Shown piece by piece: positions 30,439-42,563 of a stretch of DNA of 64,000 bases. Under the pieces are notes generated by a model. The model was not told where the DNA came from and did not search any database. It worked only from the letters and a program-made list of their open reading frames with translations. Source of the DNA: an uncultured Methanosarcinaceae archaeon. Its GTDB lineage: Archaea; Halobacteriota; Methanosarcinia; Methanosarcinales; Methanosarcinaceae. The DNA is taken from positions 512,001-576,000 of the forward strand of contig CAWJYV010000008.1 in NCBI GenBank assembly GCA_963847185.1. Direction: 5' to 3'. Positions within the stretch are counted from its first letter, which is position 1, and every line of letters begins with the position of its first letter. A program made the translations under genes and the position numbers.

Positions 30439-30819
30439 GACTCTGAAACTATAGTTTCAAAATCTTCTTATTTTTATTTCTTTTTTATTTTTGTTTGTTT
30501 TTTCTTGATTTATAACTTCTTTATCTTTGATATTTCTTTACTTTTTCACTTCTTAATTTTTATTCATTTTCTATTTTCAATACTCTCAAATTTTTATTAA
30601 TCTTTTATTTATGATACTCTTTCATTTTCTCTGGTAGTGCTTTTTAATCTTTTATAGACTTTTATAGTTTGCACTAAATCAAATTAAATTAGCTCTCAAG
30701 CTGAGCATCTAAATAATATGTAAGCTTTCAAAGTTAAAAACGATCTTTTCTTTCTTCTCAATTTCAATAAAGTCTGTGTCAATGGCAGTTTCTTGTGCTT
30801 GCAGTTTTCAAAGACTCAC

Positions 30820-31150
30820 TCTCACCATCGAATTATCTTTGGTCAAAATATAGATCAAAGTGAAATCTCAACGACTTTACTTGAAAGACAAAATCTTACT
30901 TTTAGGCAGGACAACAATAGAATCTCAAGGAAAACAGCAGGAATTTCAAAGAAGATCAAGTGCCTATATAATCAGGTGAGACTCTATTGTACCTGCTTTA
31001 CTTTTGCAGGCATCATAGAGCATTAATAAAAGACTAAAATAGATGTTCGGGACAAAAGACACATGCAGAAGAAGCTGGAATCACGGAAAAGAAATGGACA
31101 TTAACTGAATTAGTATATTTAAGGAATGTTAAATGCATCAATTAATTAAA
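30820..31150 (+). mobile_element. IS1-family transposase C-terminal remnant
   Basis: RIIFGQ..ISTTLLERQNLTFRQDNNRISRKT..SKK, then after frameshifts AEEAGITEKKWTLTEL, matching the IS1-type C-terminal signature. Confidence 0.7.
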
Positions 31151-31170
31151 AATTAAAGGAGATGTGTCCG

Positions 31171-31282
31171 TTTTTCTGTTTTTCTGTTTTTCTGTTTTTC
31201 TGTTTTTCCATTTTTCTGTTTTTCTGTTTTTCCATTTTTCTGTTTTTCCGTTTTTCCGTTTTTCCGTTTTTCCGTTTTTCCA
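31171..31282. repeat. 8-bp tandem repeat TTTTTC(TG/CA/CG) x14
   Basis: Read directly. Confidence 0.95.
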
Positions 31283-32067
31283 AGTTTATATAAAACTTGC
31301 CACTTATTAATTATTTTTATAGCATATATATTTTTTTATAAAGTTGTCTTAAATATGATTATATTTATTTAAATTCTTTTATATCTCTTTCTGAAAAAAT
31401 ATTGTGTTTTAATCTTTGATCTGGAGAATTTTTGGATTCAAAGCCCTAGCAAATAAATGCATTACAAAAATTTCATCTTTTACTTGAATACTATCAATCC
31501 CTACTTTGACAGATCATGCTAATTTCTACAGTAGTTTCATACTAAAAACACGTTGTATCGACGTATAACCTTATGATGAAATACTAAATTTCAATAATCC
31601 ATAAACACATAATATAAATTTATATTAAATAGAGAAAACAGAATAATAAAGCATATTTGTGTATTACAAAACGTATATTCTGTCAAATTTCGATTACTTT
31701 AGCATGAAAGTAAGCTTTAAACCTGAATATATAATAGAAAATAGTAAAATACCAAGCTTTAGGTGGGATTTCCAGGTTCGAATAGGGCCACTTTTACTTC
31801 AATCAGTTACTAAATAATCGATTTAATGCTACTAAATTATTATTATGCTTGACCAAGCTTACTAAATTCTCTTTTCACATTCTGAAATAATTTCTAATAA
31901 AATGCCTTAATCTGGCGTTTCTGCTTTGAAAAAGTTAAATTGCTTAGTTTATGCAAATGACTATGGTAAAAGAGGGTCAGTTATGTACTTATGTATTAGA
32001 CTTGATTACTGGCCCTCTGTATTCTTCAACCTTAATAATTTTCTTCTGGTTTTTCAAATTAATGTAT

Positions 32068-33912
32068 TCATCTGTTTCTAACTGTGATGTATTCAGATGT
32101 GGTTTTAGTACTCGTACCTGCGGAATTTGTTGCCGTCAAGGTAACAGTATACCTTCCTGCTCTATTATAAATATGCGTTGGGTTACGTGTTGTTGAAGTA
32201 GTACCATCCCCAAAGTCCCAAAGCCAGGAAGTAGCTGCACCACCAGTACTTCTATCAGTGAACATCACTCTCAAAGAGGCCCTTCCAGAAGTTGCAGATG
32301 CAGAGAAAGCAGCAACCGGGGGTCTTAAAGGTGCTGCAATATCTAAATAACGGGTTCTTGTTGCCTTATTACTACCTACTTCGTTCTTTACTGTTAGCGT
32401 CACAGTATATTTTCCTGGTCTGGTGTATGTGTGTGTTGCATTCTGCATTGTTGAAGTTGTCCCATCTCCAAAGTTCCAAAGCCAGGAAACTGGCGATCCA
32501 GTGCTACTGTCAGTAAAGAACACTGATAATGGTGCTCCTCCTGATGTTACATTTGCTGTAAATGCAGCCTTTGGAGGTCTCAAAGTTTCAACAACTATAT
32601 AATTAGATTTTCTTACTGTATTGCTACCTGCTGGATTAGCTACTGTCAATGTTACAGTGTAGATTCCTGCTTTGGTGTATGTGTGTGTGGCATTCATTGC
32701 ATGCCTTGAATTAGTACCATCTCCAAAGTTCCAGATAAATGAAGTCGGTTCTCCAATGCTATTGTCAGTAAAGAATACTTTCAAGGGTGCTTTTCCTGAA
32801 GTCACGTTTGCAGAAAACGCAGCAATCGGCTTTTGCAGATTTTTTACCCTAACATTTCCTGTAGTTATATTCTGGCCATCTTCATTGATTGCCGTAAGTG
32901 TTACTGTATAATTTCCTGTTGCAGAGTAGGTATGCGTTGGATTTTGCTGGTATGAAGCAGCTCCGTCTCCAAAGTCCCAGTTCCATTCTGTTGCATTTTC
33001 GGATTGGTCTTTAAATTGAACAGTAAGTGGAGCATAACCTTCTGTAACGTTACTTTTGAATTTTGCAACAGGAAGTATTGGTGCTATCTCTGCAGTAACC
33101 AGAGGTAAGTAATCGCTGTTTACTTCGTCCAGATCGAAAGGTTCCTCTGCTATGCCATCTCCATTTATATCAGAATGAGTCTGGGAGAACCCGTCTCCTT
33201 CAGGCGTTGCCCAGTAGTTCCCACCTATATAAGGGCCATCTATTATGTTTTGACTTTCTGTTTTATCGAAAGCCCAGATATTCGAGAATTCAAGATCCTC
33301 CATTAAAAGCACGTTTTCTGTGTTATTGAAATAGTTGTTGTAAATTTTATTATTCCCAGTAGAGAGGTCTTTATACCCGCATTCTGTGTTAAAAATTATG
33401 TTGTTAGCTAGAATGGTATTATTGGAATTTTCACCATCAACATAGATTCCTACATTATTTTCAGTAATCGTATTGTTTTCAATAGACGTTGAATATGCAC
33501 TTATTAGGTTAATTCCAGCCTGATAATTCAATATTTTATTTCTCTTAATTACACAACCAGATCCCGGACTAAAAAGTGAGATGCCGTTTGAATTCTCGTC
33601 TGTGCCGCTTAATGTAAAGCCCCTGATGGTTATATTGGATACCCTGATAGTAATACCAGAACCCTGTATTATTGTATCTTCAGGATTTCCTGACAAGGAA
33701 ACAATTTCAATATCTGGTACATTAACTTCAATACTCTCATAATATGTTCCTGGATACACTACTATTGTATCATATGATGTCGCATTATTTGCCGCAGCCT
33801 GTATCGATTCCCCTTCATACACATAAAGTTCAGCTGCAGTACCAATTCCAGAACTAGCCATCAACATTAAAATGGCAGTTAATAAAACTCCACTTTTTTC
33901 GATTCCCTGCAT
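32068..33912 (-). CDS. Cell-surface protein: NosD-like beta-helix plus four PKD domains
   Basis: Signal peptide; GESIQAA; GGNYWATPEGDGFSQ; four W[DN]FGDG...HTY...G.YTVTLT repeats. Confidence 0.9.
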   Translation of the reverse strand: MQGIEKSGVLLTAILMLMASSGIGTAAELYVYEGESIQAAANNATSYDTIVVYPGTYYESIEVNVPDIEIVSLSGNPEDTIIQGSGITIRVSNITIRGFTLSGTDENSNGISLFSPGSGCVIKRNKILNYQAGINLISAYSTSIENNTITENNVGIYVDGENSNNTILANNIIFNTECGYKDLSTGNNKIYNNYFNNTENVLLMEDLEFSNIWAFDKTESQNIIDGPYIGGNYWATPEGDGFSQTHSDINGDGIAEEPFDLDEVNSDYLPLVTAEIAPILPVAKFKSNVTEGYAPLTVQFKDQSENATEWNWDFGDGAASYQQNPTHTYSATGNYTVTLTAINEDGQNITTGNVRVKNLQKPIAAFSANVTSGKAPLKVFFTDNSIGEPTSFIWNFGDGTNSRHAMNATHTYTKAGIYTVTLTVANPAGSNTVRKSNYIVVETLRPPKAAFTANVTSGGAPLSVFFTDSSTGSPVSWLWNFGDGTTSTMQNATHTYTRPGKYTVTLTVKNEVGSNKATRTRYLDIAAPLRPPVAAFSASATSGRASLRVMFTDRSTGGAATSWLWDFGDGTTSTTRNPTHIYNRAGRYTVTLTATNSAGTSTKTTSEYITVRNR

Positions 33913-34731
33913 AGAAACACGACCTGTAGTGTATTTTTTTATATGGTGAGTTATTTTAATTCAACTTTACTAATTTTTGATCAAGTTTCTTATTTATTGG
34001 TCACAATTTTTTCTATTTTGGAGAATACTTGATTTTATTTTGCAAACTTCATATTTATAAAATTAACATTCAACTTTATATTGAATCCTTGTATATATTA
34101 GTATCATAACATTTTTACATATATAAAAAAAAATTTTTAATTAAAATGTTCTTTTAATCGATTAATTGGGCTATGATATGTCTGCACTTTAACCGATCTC
34201 TAGCAGATGTCTTCAAAAAATATCATTTTCTTTGTTTCGTTTTTGGAGAATTATTCAAAATTCTGTAGTTATTATCTCAACTAAGCTTCGGAAAATAGGG
34301 GCTAGAAGTTTTCAATGACAGCAAAAGGTCGAAAGTTATGGGATCTTTCAAAAACACATGTTTGAGTACCAGGGAGTTTTTCAGAAAAAGGTGGCAGAAC
34401 AAATTGTAAAAATTGAAAGGGTGTCTGCAGAAAGTTGTTTTTAGTATCGTTAAGAACCTTGAGAACAAGAAATTAACATTTCAACATGAGTCTGCTTTTC
34501 TGAATATCAAAATTTCATATCAAAGAACAAATAAATAATTGGAAGAAACTGTTTTCTTATACCTTTTCTTTAACATCAAAATACGTGAGAATATCTTCCT
34601 CACGTACTCATGCCAAAGTAAAAAGAGCCTTAGGTGAGATTTTTCAAACATTACCATTATTGCTTTCTCTAACATCCCTAAAATCTAATCCTTACTGGGG
34701 ACGTACCAGCTCCTAAGCCACAAAGATCTTA

Positions 34732-35622
34732 TTACATGCTGAAAAGCAGATGTGGAAAATTTATATTCTTTTTCTGGAATCCGGCAGCATTCTTGTGACC
34801 TCCACCACCATATTGTTGAGCAATTTCGGCACAATCGGGTGAATCAGGATTCTCTGAATCGGATCTCAGGCTGAACACTATCATATTCTCTACAGCCTGC
34901 CACATAATGGCAATATCATATTCAGGCTTCTTGTAGATAAATTCTCCAAGCTCGGAGATATTTCCTGTAGTATTTACAAGTCTGGCTTTCTGGTTATGGA
35001 AAGTACAATTTACCCCGCGTTCGAAGGCTTTCTGAATTTTGTAATTTTGGGCTTCCAGGAGTAATTCACCGATAGATCTCATTTTATTTACAGTATCCTC
35101 GTATCCAGAACTAAGAAGTACATCCCATAAGGTATTATCAGGGGTCTTCACCATCAGATTAAAACCTGCATTGAAAGCCTTAGTCTCAGCGTATTCAAAT
35201 TTCCACATGTCCTTATCACCAATATAGGCAACAGCTGCAGGAGGTGGAACATATTCAGGGTGCGTGTACTCCCATGTAAGTACACAGGCTGCTTTTTCAA
35301 TGGATCTAATTCCTGGAATATTGCTCGAACTCCATAAGTTCGGAAATCTCTTCATGGCCGTTTTATGATGATCTATCCATATTAGTTTAGATCCACAAGC
35401 ATTTACAAATTCATCCATTCTATCGCTTACAAAATCAACAAGCCATACTTTCTCGGCTGTTGCTATTTCTTCCTCATTCCACGACTCTTTTTCATAATTT
35501 ACAGCAACAAACCTTATTACAAATTCATTCCGATCATAGTAATTTCCAGCGACAGCAGCTGAACAGCATCCGTCATTGTCGTCATGGTAATAAATCAAAA
35601 TAGTGCGTTTATCATCTGTCAT
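34732..35622 (-). CDS. DHH/DHHA1 family phosphoesterase
   Basis: YHDDNDG, VDF, WIDHH, FSLRS, GGGGHKNAAGF. Confidence 0.9.
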   Translation of the reverse strand: MTDDKRTILIYYHDDNDGCCSAAVAGNYYDRNEFVIRFVAVNYEKESWNEEEIATAEKVWLVDFVSDRMDEFVNACGSKLIWIDHHKTAMKRFPNLWSSSNIPGIRSIEKAACVLTWEYTHPEYVPPPAAVAYIGDKDMWKFEYAETKAFNAGFNLMVKTPDNTLWDVLLSSGYEDTVNKMRSIGELLLEAQNYKIQKAFERGVNCTFHNQKARLVNTTGNISELGEFIYKKPEYDIAIMWQAVENMIVFSLRSDSENPDSPDCAEIAQQYGGGGHKNAAGFQKKNINFPHLLFSM

Positions 35623-35705
35623 TTCTTATTCCCTCTTGTTTTAGAATCTCTTATCAATTCTAGCATGTTTTCTGCTGCACATTTCACTCCTGATAATTAT
35701 TTGCT

Positions 35706-35761
35706 AACCATGCTCTTCCAACCATGCTCTTCCAACCATGCTCTTCCAACCATGCTTTTCC
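35706..35761. repeat. 14-bp tandem repeat AACCATGCTCTTCC x4
   Basis: Read directly; one mismatch in last copy. Confidence 0.95.
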
Positions 35762-35989
35762 AGGGACTCCATAGAATTTACAAGTTTCATTAGGACAGAA
35801 AACATTAGTTGAATTTTGGTCCCGCACCTCGTTTTTCCATTGTATGAGTATATATTAGTCACATTATATAATTTCAACTAAATGTAATGGGGGCACCGAT
35901 ACATACGATTTGTATTTTAAAAAATAAGAGTTTGGGCTTTTTTGAGTATTATTTTAAAATACAGTAATCTTGAATACATCGGATTGATG

Positions 35990-36034
35990 GAAAAACTTAA
36001 ATACAATTACCTAGTACATCGGTTACCGTCTTCC
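35990..36034 (+). promoter_or_regulatory. Upstream duplicate nif-type promoter with NrpR-type operator
   Basis: BRE/TATA GAAAAACTTAAATA followed by TAGTACATC-GGTT-ACCGTC-TTCC (36021-36034). Confidence 0.6.
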
Positions 36035-36192
36035 TTCCATTAGCAATGAGGTAATAGGAAAACAATATCAAGAGCTCGTACAGATCTCTAAGATGCAAAT
36101 TTAGGTGTTGGATTTTAAAAACGAATTGTCAACCAGTTCTTTTCAAGGCATCAAAGCAAAAAAGAGCCCATAGATATGGGTTTTATGTCAAC

Positions 36193-36241
36193 AGAAAGTT
36201 ATAAATACTATAAAATAGTACAACGGTTACCGGCTTCCGGT
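36193..36241 (+). promoter_or_regulatory. nifH promoter with NrpR-type operator
   Basis: AGAAAGTTATAAATA TATA box; GGTT-N6-TTCC (36225-36238) overlapping the palindrome ACCGGCTTCCGGT. Confidence 0.75.
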
Positions 36242-36250
36242 AGCCAATAA

Positions 36251-37099
<849 letters not shown>

Positions 37100-37116
37100 T
37101 TAGAGACCCAGAGGAG

Positions 37117-37443
37117 ATGAAAACAATGCAAATGATACGTGCAATCATCAGGCCAGGTATGGAATCTAAAGTTGTCGAGAGCCTGGAAAAAGAGGGCTGT
37201 ATTTCCCTTACAAAAATGGAAGTCTTCGGAAGGGGGAAGCAAAAAGGAATCCATATTGCAGACATCCACTACGACGAACTTCAGAAGACTATGCTTCTGA
37301 TGGTGGTCGAAGATGAACATAAAGACAAAGTCATACAGACCATAATGGAAGCTGCCAGGACCGGGAAGTATGGGGATGGAAGAATCTTCGTAAACCCCAT
37401 TGAAGAAGCTTACACCATAAGGACTGGAAAAGCCGGACTTTAA
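37117..37443 (+). CDS. nifI1: PII-like nitrogenase regulator NifI1
   Basis: [23 protein letters not shown]; position after nifH. Confidence 0.93.
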   Translation: MKTMQMIRAIIRPGMESKVVESLEKEGCISLTKMEVFGRGKQKGIHIADIHYDELQKTMLLMVVEDEHKDKVIQTIMEAARTGKYGDGRIFVNPIEEAYTIRTGKAGL

Positions 37444-37469
37444 AACCGACTTTTCGGAGGAAAATCCCC

Positions 37470-37847
37470 ATGAAAGAAATTACGGCAATAATCAGGATGA
37501 ACAAGGTCCAGAAAACCAAGGATGCCCTGCTGGAATGCGGCTTTCCCTCATTTACCGTAAGAAGGGTGATGGGCCGCGGAAAGCAAAAAGGGCTCTGCTT
37601 TGAGTTTAACCCGCCCCTTCCTGACCCGGAAAAGGAAGCTGAGACCTGCATCCATTTCATTCCGAAACGCATGTTTACCATCGTGGTGGACGATTCAAGT
37701 GTAAATGAAGTGGTCCAGAAAATCATTGAGGTAAACCAGACCGGACATGTAGGAGACGGAAAAATATTCGTGTCAAACATCATCGAAGCGTTCCGAATTC
37801 GAACCGGAGAGAATGGAGAGACGACCGTTAACAGGGAGTTGATGTAA
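37470..37847 (+). CDS. nifI2: PII-like nitrogenase regulator NifI2
   Basis: [26 protein letters not shown]. Confidence 0.93.
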   Translation: MKEITAIIRMNKVQKTKDALLECGFPSFTVRRVMGRGKQKGLCFEFNPPLPDPEKEAETCIHFIPKRMFTIVVDDSSVNEVVQKIIEVNQTGHVGDGKIFVSNIIEAFRIRTGENGETTVNRELM

Positions 37848-39445
37848 TGGGAGCCGAGATAGGTTCTGGAATTGCGGACAAACAAAAGCTTGTCGATGAC
37901 ATGCTGAAAGTTCTCCCAGAAAAGGCTGCAAGGAACAGGAGAAAACACATTGTTGTAAGGGACTGTTCCACCGAACAGCACATCGACGCCGATGATAAAG
38001 TAATCCCTGGTATTATCACGAACCGTGGATGTGCCTTTGCAGGTTCGAAAGGTGTGGTTTTCGGGCCGATCAAAGACATGGTACACCTTGTCCACGGCCC
38101 GATAGGCTGTGCCTACTTCACCTGGGGAACCAGGCGAAACTATGCAAAAGCAGAGGAAGGCGGAGACAACTTCATGAACTATTGCGTATGCACGGACATG
38201 AAGGAAACCGATATCGTCTTTGGAGGAGAAAAGAAGCTCAAGAAAGCCATTGATGAGGTTATGAAGATCTTCAAACCGGAAGCAATCAGCATCTCTGCCA
38301 CCTGCCCTGTAGGGCTGATCGGAGACGACATCGAAGCTGTTGCCAAGGAAGCCGAAAAAGAGTATGGGATCAAGATCATCCCTTCAAGGTGTGAAGGATA
38401 CAGAGGAGTCAGTCAGTCGGCAGGCCACCACATTGCCAGCAACGCCCTGATGGAAAATCTGATAGGAACCGAAGAACTTGAGAATCCCACTCCCTTTGAC
38501 ATCAATATCTTCGGAGAGTACAACATAGGAGGAGACCTCTGGGAAATTAAGCCGATCCTTGAAAAAATCGGGTACAGGATTGTCTCAACCTTCACAGGAG
38601 ACGGTTCATTCCATAAACTTGCACAGGCACACAAAGCAAAGCTTAGCATCCTACTCTGCCACCGTTCCATCAACTACACGAACCGGATGATGGAAGAAAA
38701 ATATGGGATTCCCTGGTTGAAGGTCAACTACGTTGGTACTAAAGGTACCACTAAATCTCTCCAGAAAATGGCAGAGTTCTTTGACGATCCCGAAATTACC
38801 AGGAAAACCGAAGAAATCATTGCCGAAGAAAAAGCGAAGTATGAGGCTGAAATCGAGAGGTACAGAAAGAAACTCAAGGGAAAAACCGCCTTCATCTATT
38901 CAGGAGGTTCCAGGAGCCACCACTATATGAACCTCTTTGAAGAGCTCGGCATGAAAGTAGTTGTTGCAGGCTATCAGTTTGCCCACAGAGATGACTACGA
39001 GGGCAGGCAGATCATCCCTCAGATAAAGGAAGGAGCTTTAAGTTCCATCCTTGAGGACGTACACTACGAACGAGATGAAAATATCGAGCCTGCTGTCAGC
39101 CCGGAAAGGATTGAAGAGCTTAAAAAGAAAATCGGGCTCATGGACTATGAAGGACTTTTCCCGGAAATAAAGGACGGAACCATTGTTATCGACGATCTTA
39201 ACCATCATGAAACCGAAGCCCTTGTAAAAGCCCTTAAACCCGATATCTTCTGCTCTGGGATCAAGGATAAGTACTGGGCCCAGAAGCTTGGGATCCCCTC
39301 AAGACAGATCCATTCCTACGACTACAGTGGACGCTACACTGGCTTTTCCGGAGTCCTGAACTTCGCACGGGATATGGACATGGCCCTGCACAGCCCCACT
39401 TGGAAGTTCATACGCCCGCCATGGAAAGGAGAAGGAGTAGAGTAA
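37847..39445 (+). CDS. nifD: Nitrogenase MoFe protein alpha chain
   Basis: RGCAFAG, HGPIGC, CHRSINY, QIHSYDY. Confidence 0.97.
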   Translation: MGAEIGSGIADKQKLVDDMLKVLPEKAARNRRKHIVVRDCSTEQHIDADDKVIPGIITNRGCAFAGSKGVVFGPIKDMVHLVHGPIGCAYFTWGTRRNYAKAEEGGDNFMNYCVCTDMKETDIVFGGEKKLKKAIDEVMKIFKPEAISISATCPVGLIGDDIEAVAKEAEKEYGIKIIPSRCEGYRGVSQSAGHHIASNALMENLIGTEELENPTPFDINIFGEYNIGGDLWEIKPILEKIGYRIVSTFTGDGSFHKLAQAHKAKLSILLCHRSINYTNRMMEEKYGIPWLKVNYVGTKGTTKSLQKMAEFFDDPEITRKTEEIIAEEKAKYEAEIERYRKKLKGKTAFIYSGGSRSHHYMNLFEELGMKVVVAGYQFAHRDDYEGRQIIPQIKEGALSSILEDVHYERDENIEPAVSPERIEELKKKIGLMDYEGLFPEIKDGTIVIDDLNHHETEALVKALKPDIFCSGIKDKYWAQKLGIPSRQIHSYDYSGRYTGFSGVLNFARDMDMALHSPTWKFIRPPWKGEGVE

Positions 39446-39458
39446 GGAGGGACAAAAG

Positions 39459-40829
39459 ATGTTAGATTACACCTCATGTGAAGAAGTAACCAGAGAAGCA
39501 GTAACCATTAACCCTGCAAAAATCTGCCAGCCAATAGGTGCAGTCTATGCAGCTCTTGGCGTACACAACTGCATGCCGCACAGCCACGGTTCACAGGGCT
39601 GCCTCTCATACCTGCGCATGTGCTTGAGCAGGCACTACCGAGAAAACTCCGTTGGAACTACCAGCAGTTTCTCAGAAGGAACTGCAGTCTTCGGAGGTGC
39701 AGCAAACCTTAAGGAAGCCCTCGGAAACCTGACCGCAATCTACAGGCCCGATGTAATCGCAATTCACACCACCTGCGTAGCCGAAACCATAGGCGACGAC
39801 GTAGGGGTCATTGTAGAAGATATCAGAGCTGAAGAGCTCATAGACCCGTCGATCAAGATATGTGCAGCTTCCACGCCGAGTTATGTAGGCACCCACATTA
39901 CTGGCTATGACAATATGGTGAAGTCTTTTGTAACCACCTTTGCCAAAAAAAGCAAGCCAAACGGGAAACTCAATATCATCCCAGGCTTTGTGGAACCTGC
40001 CGACATCCGGGAAATCAAACGTATACTCTCAATAATGGGAATCTCCAGCATCGTCTTTCCGGACACGACTGATGTCTTTGATGCGCCCCTAACCGGAGAA
40101 CACAATATATACCCGAAAGGCGGGACTCCAATAGGGGACATAGAAGATTCCGCAAACTCCCTTGGGACAATCGCTCTCTGCAGGATGGCAGGAGGTTCTG
40201 CCGCAAAGATTCTGGAAAGCCGCTACAAAGTCCCTGCAAAAATAGGGCCTACCCCCATAGGAATCCGGAACACCGACCGTTTCATCATGAATGCAGCAAA
40301 GCTTGCCAGCGTGGCAATTCCTCCAGAACTTGAAGATGAGAGGGGAAGGCTTGTGGACATGATGACTGATGCCCACCCACACTACCATGGAAAGAAGGTA
40401 GCCATTTACGGCGATCCGGACATCATTGGAGGCCTTACCAGTCTCATACTGGAAATGGGCATGGAACCAAGTGTGGTGCTCACCGGCACTCAAAACCTGG
40501 AATTTGAGAAAGAAATGGGAGAACTCATAGGTTCGGAATATCCTGAAGCCGATGTGATCGCTGGAGGAGACCTCTTCATGCTTCACCAGATGATCAAGAG
40601 AAAACCCGTGGACCTCCTTATCGGAAACACATACGGGAAATTCATAGCAAGGGCAGAGGACGTACCTCTTATCAGGGTAGGCTTTCCGATTATGGACCGC
40701 GCAAACCTGCACTACTTCCCGATCATGGGATACGCAGGCACTGCAAGACTGGTGGAACGCATAGGAAACACCCTGCTTGATAGGAAAGACAGAGATGCAC
40801 CCGACTGGCTGCTTGAAACCATCCAGTAA
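39459..40829 (+). CDS. nifK: Nitrogenase MoFe protein beta chain
   Basis: NPAKICQPIGA, HGSQGC, TTCVAETIGDD, TPSY. Confidence 0.97.
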   Translation: MLDYTSCEEVTREAVTINPAKICQPIGAVYAALGVHNCMPHSHGSQGCLSYLRMCLSRHYRENSVGTTSSFSEGTAVFGGAANLKEALGNLTAIYRPDVIAIHTTCVAETIGDDVGVIVEDIRAEELIDPSIKICAASTPSYVGTHITGYDNMVKSFVTTFAKKSKPNGKLNIIPGFVEPADIREIKRILSIMGISSIVFPDTTDVFDAPLTGEHNIYPKGGTPIGDIEDSANSLGTIALCRMAGGSAAKILESRYKVPAKIGPTPIGIRNTDRFIMNAAKLASVAIPPELEDERGRLVDMMTDAHPHYHGKKVAIYGDPDIIGGLTSLILEMGMEPSVVLTGTQNLEFEKEMGELIGSEYPEADVIAGGDLFMLHQMIKRKPVDLLIGNTYGKFIARAEDVPLIRVGFPIMDRANLHYFPIMGYAGTARLVERIGNTLLDRKDRDAPDWLLETIQ

Positions 40830-40970
40830 GGAGCCTGATATCAAGATAATAATTCCATAAGGAAAATGAAAAGCTGAAATCAAGAGATTAAAGCTGAGAA
40901 GTCAAAACGGGAAAAGTGGAAAATCACCGCTGCAATTCTGAAAAATAGAAGCAGAGGGGAGTGAAAAGAA

Positions 40971-42551
40971 ATGGAAGAGAAAACCGGGATAGTGGATACT
41001 CTCGAAGAAAGGCAGCCATATATTGCCAGAAAGCAGGAGAAGGGGGAGATAATACCCCTTGCCTGTGACAACAATTCTCTGGCAGGAGCCATCAGCCAGC
41101 GAGCCTGTGTCTACTCAGGAGCAAGAGTCGTCTTAAACCCAGTAACTGATGCAGTTCACCTGGTCCACGGCCCAATAGGCTGTGCAGGCTATACCTGGGA
41201 TATAAGGGGCGCAAAGTCAAGAGGTGTTGAAACGAACCGCAGCAGTTTCAGCACGGATATGAAGGAGATCGATGTGGTCTTCGGGGGAGAGAAAAAGCTC
41301 TCAAATGCCATTGACGAGCTGGTGGGGCTCTACCACCCCCCGGTCATTTTCGTATATTCTACATGTATAGTGGGAATTATCGGAGATGACCTGGAAGCTG
41401 TATGCAAGACAGCAAGCCAGAAACACAATATCCCGGTGCTTCCTGTAAAGTCAGAAGGTTTCAAAGGCAACAAATCCGATGGATATAAAGCAGCGTGTGA
41501 TGCCTTAAAAAAGTTGATCAAAAGACCTTTGGGAGAAAAAGACGTTCCAGAAAAGAAACCCGGGCTAAACCCTGAAGTCAGAAAACCGAAAATCAATATC
41601 CTTGGGGACTTCAATGTTGCAGGCGATGTCTGGCTTGTAAAACCTCTCTTTGAGCAAATGGGAATTGAGGTCATAGTCTCCATGACCGGAGACTCAACTG
41701 CAAAATCCATATCAAGAGCAGCGGAAGCTGAACTTAACCTTGTTCAGTGCAGCGGGTCCATGACCTATCTTGCAAAATGGATGCAGAAAGAGTATGGGAT
41801 TCCGTATATATCTGCGAGTTTCTTCGGAATAGAAGATATATCCCTGGCTCTGCGGAGGACTGCGGAATACTTTGGCTCGGAAGAGATGAAAAAGAAAGCA
41901 GAAGAAATCCTGAAAACCGAAACGAACCGTATAATGCCTGAAATCTCAAGAGTTCGGGAGAGAGTCAAAGGGAAAAAAGCTGCCATCTATATGGGAGGCC
42001 CTGCAAAAGCTCTTACGCTTATCAAAGGATTTGCAGAACTCGGAATGGAAGTAGTTATCATAGGAACCCAGACCGGGAAAAAAGAAGACTACGAGCAGAT
42101 CAGTTATTCTGTCAGGGACGGAACGGTCATTGTAGACGACGCAAATCCCCTGGAACTTGCTGAACTGCTGATTAAACAGAAAGCTGACCTGATGGTTGCA
42201 GGCGTAAAGGAGAGATTTATCGCATACAAGCTTGGTGTTGCTTTCTGCGATTTCAACCACGACAGAGTGGTGGAGTTCGAAGGCTTTGACGGCTTTGTGA
42301 ACTTCGCTAGGGAAGTGGATGCCTCTATTAACAGTCCGGTCTGGAAAGCTGTAAGGCAGAGAATTCTGAGACCCGAAGCTGTAGAATCAGAGAACATGGC
42401 ATCAGAAGAAAAGCCTTTAAAAGCAGCAGCAAAAGAAAAGCTCTCCGAAGAATCGTGTAAAAAAGAATATGAAAACATGGTTAAAGGTATGATCCTGAGA
42501 CCGGAATTTTTGCAACCCAAATCAGATACTCCAGTTGAGAGTCAGGTGTGA
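40971..42551 (+). CDS. nifE: FeMo-cofactor scaffold NifE
   Basis: QRACVYSGA, HGPIGCAGY, STCIVGIIGDD, DFNHDR. Confidence 0.95.
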   Translation: MEEKTGIVDTLEERQPYIARKQEKGEIIPLACDNNSLAGAISQRACVYSGARVVLNPVTDAVHLVHGPIGCAGYTWDIRGAKSRGVETNRSSFSTDMKEIDVVFGGEKKLSNAIDELVGLYHPPVIFVYSTCIVGIIGDDLEAVCKTASQKHNIPVLPVKSEGFKGNKSDGYKAACDALKKLIKRPLGEKDVPEKKPGLNPEVRKPKINILGDFNVAGDVWLVKPLFEQMGIEVIVSMTGDSTAKSISRAAEAELNLVQCSGSMTYLAKWMQKEYGIPYISASFFGIEDISLALRRTAEYFGSEEMKKKAEEILKTETNRIMPEISRVRERVKGKKAAIYMGGPAKALTLIKGFAELGMEVVIIGTQTGKKEDYEQISYSVRDGTVIVDDANPLELAELLIKQKADLMVAGVKERFIAYKLGVAFCDFNHDRVVEFEGFDGFVNFAREVDASINSPVWKAVRQRILRPEAVESENMASEEKPLKAAAKEKLSEESCKKEYENMVKGMILRPEFLQPKSDTPVESQV

Positions 42552-42563
42552 GGAGGCGCTGAA

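Noticed and set aside
34270-34500. Possible IS/MITE end sequences (GGGTGTCTGCAGAAAG; TTCAACATGAG)
   Set aside because: No matching partner inverted repeat or transposase could be established from the sequence alone.
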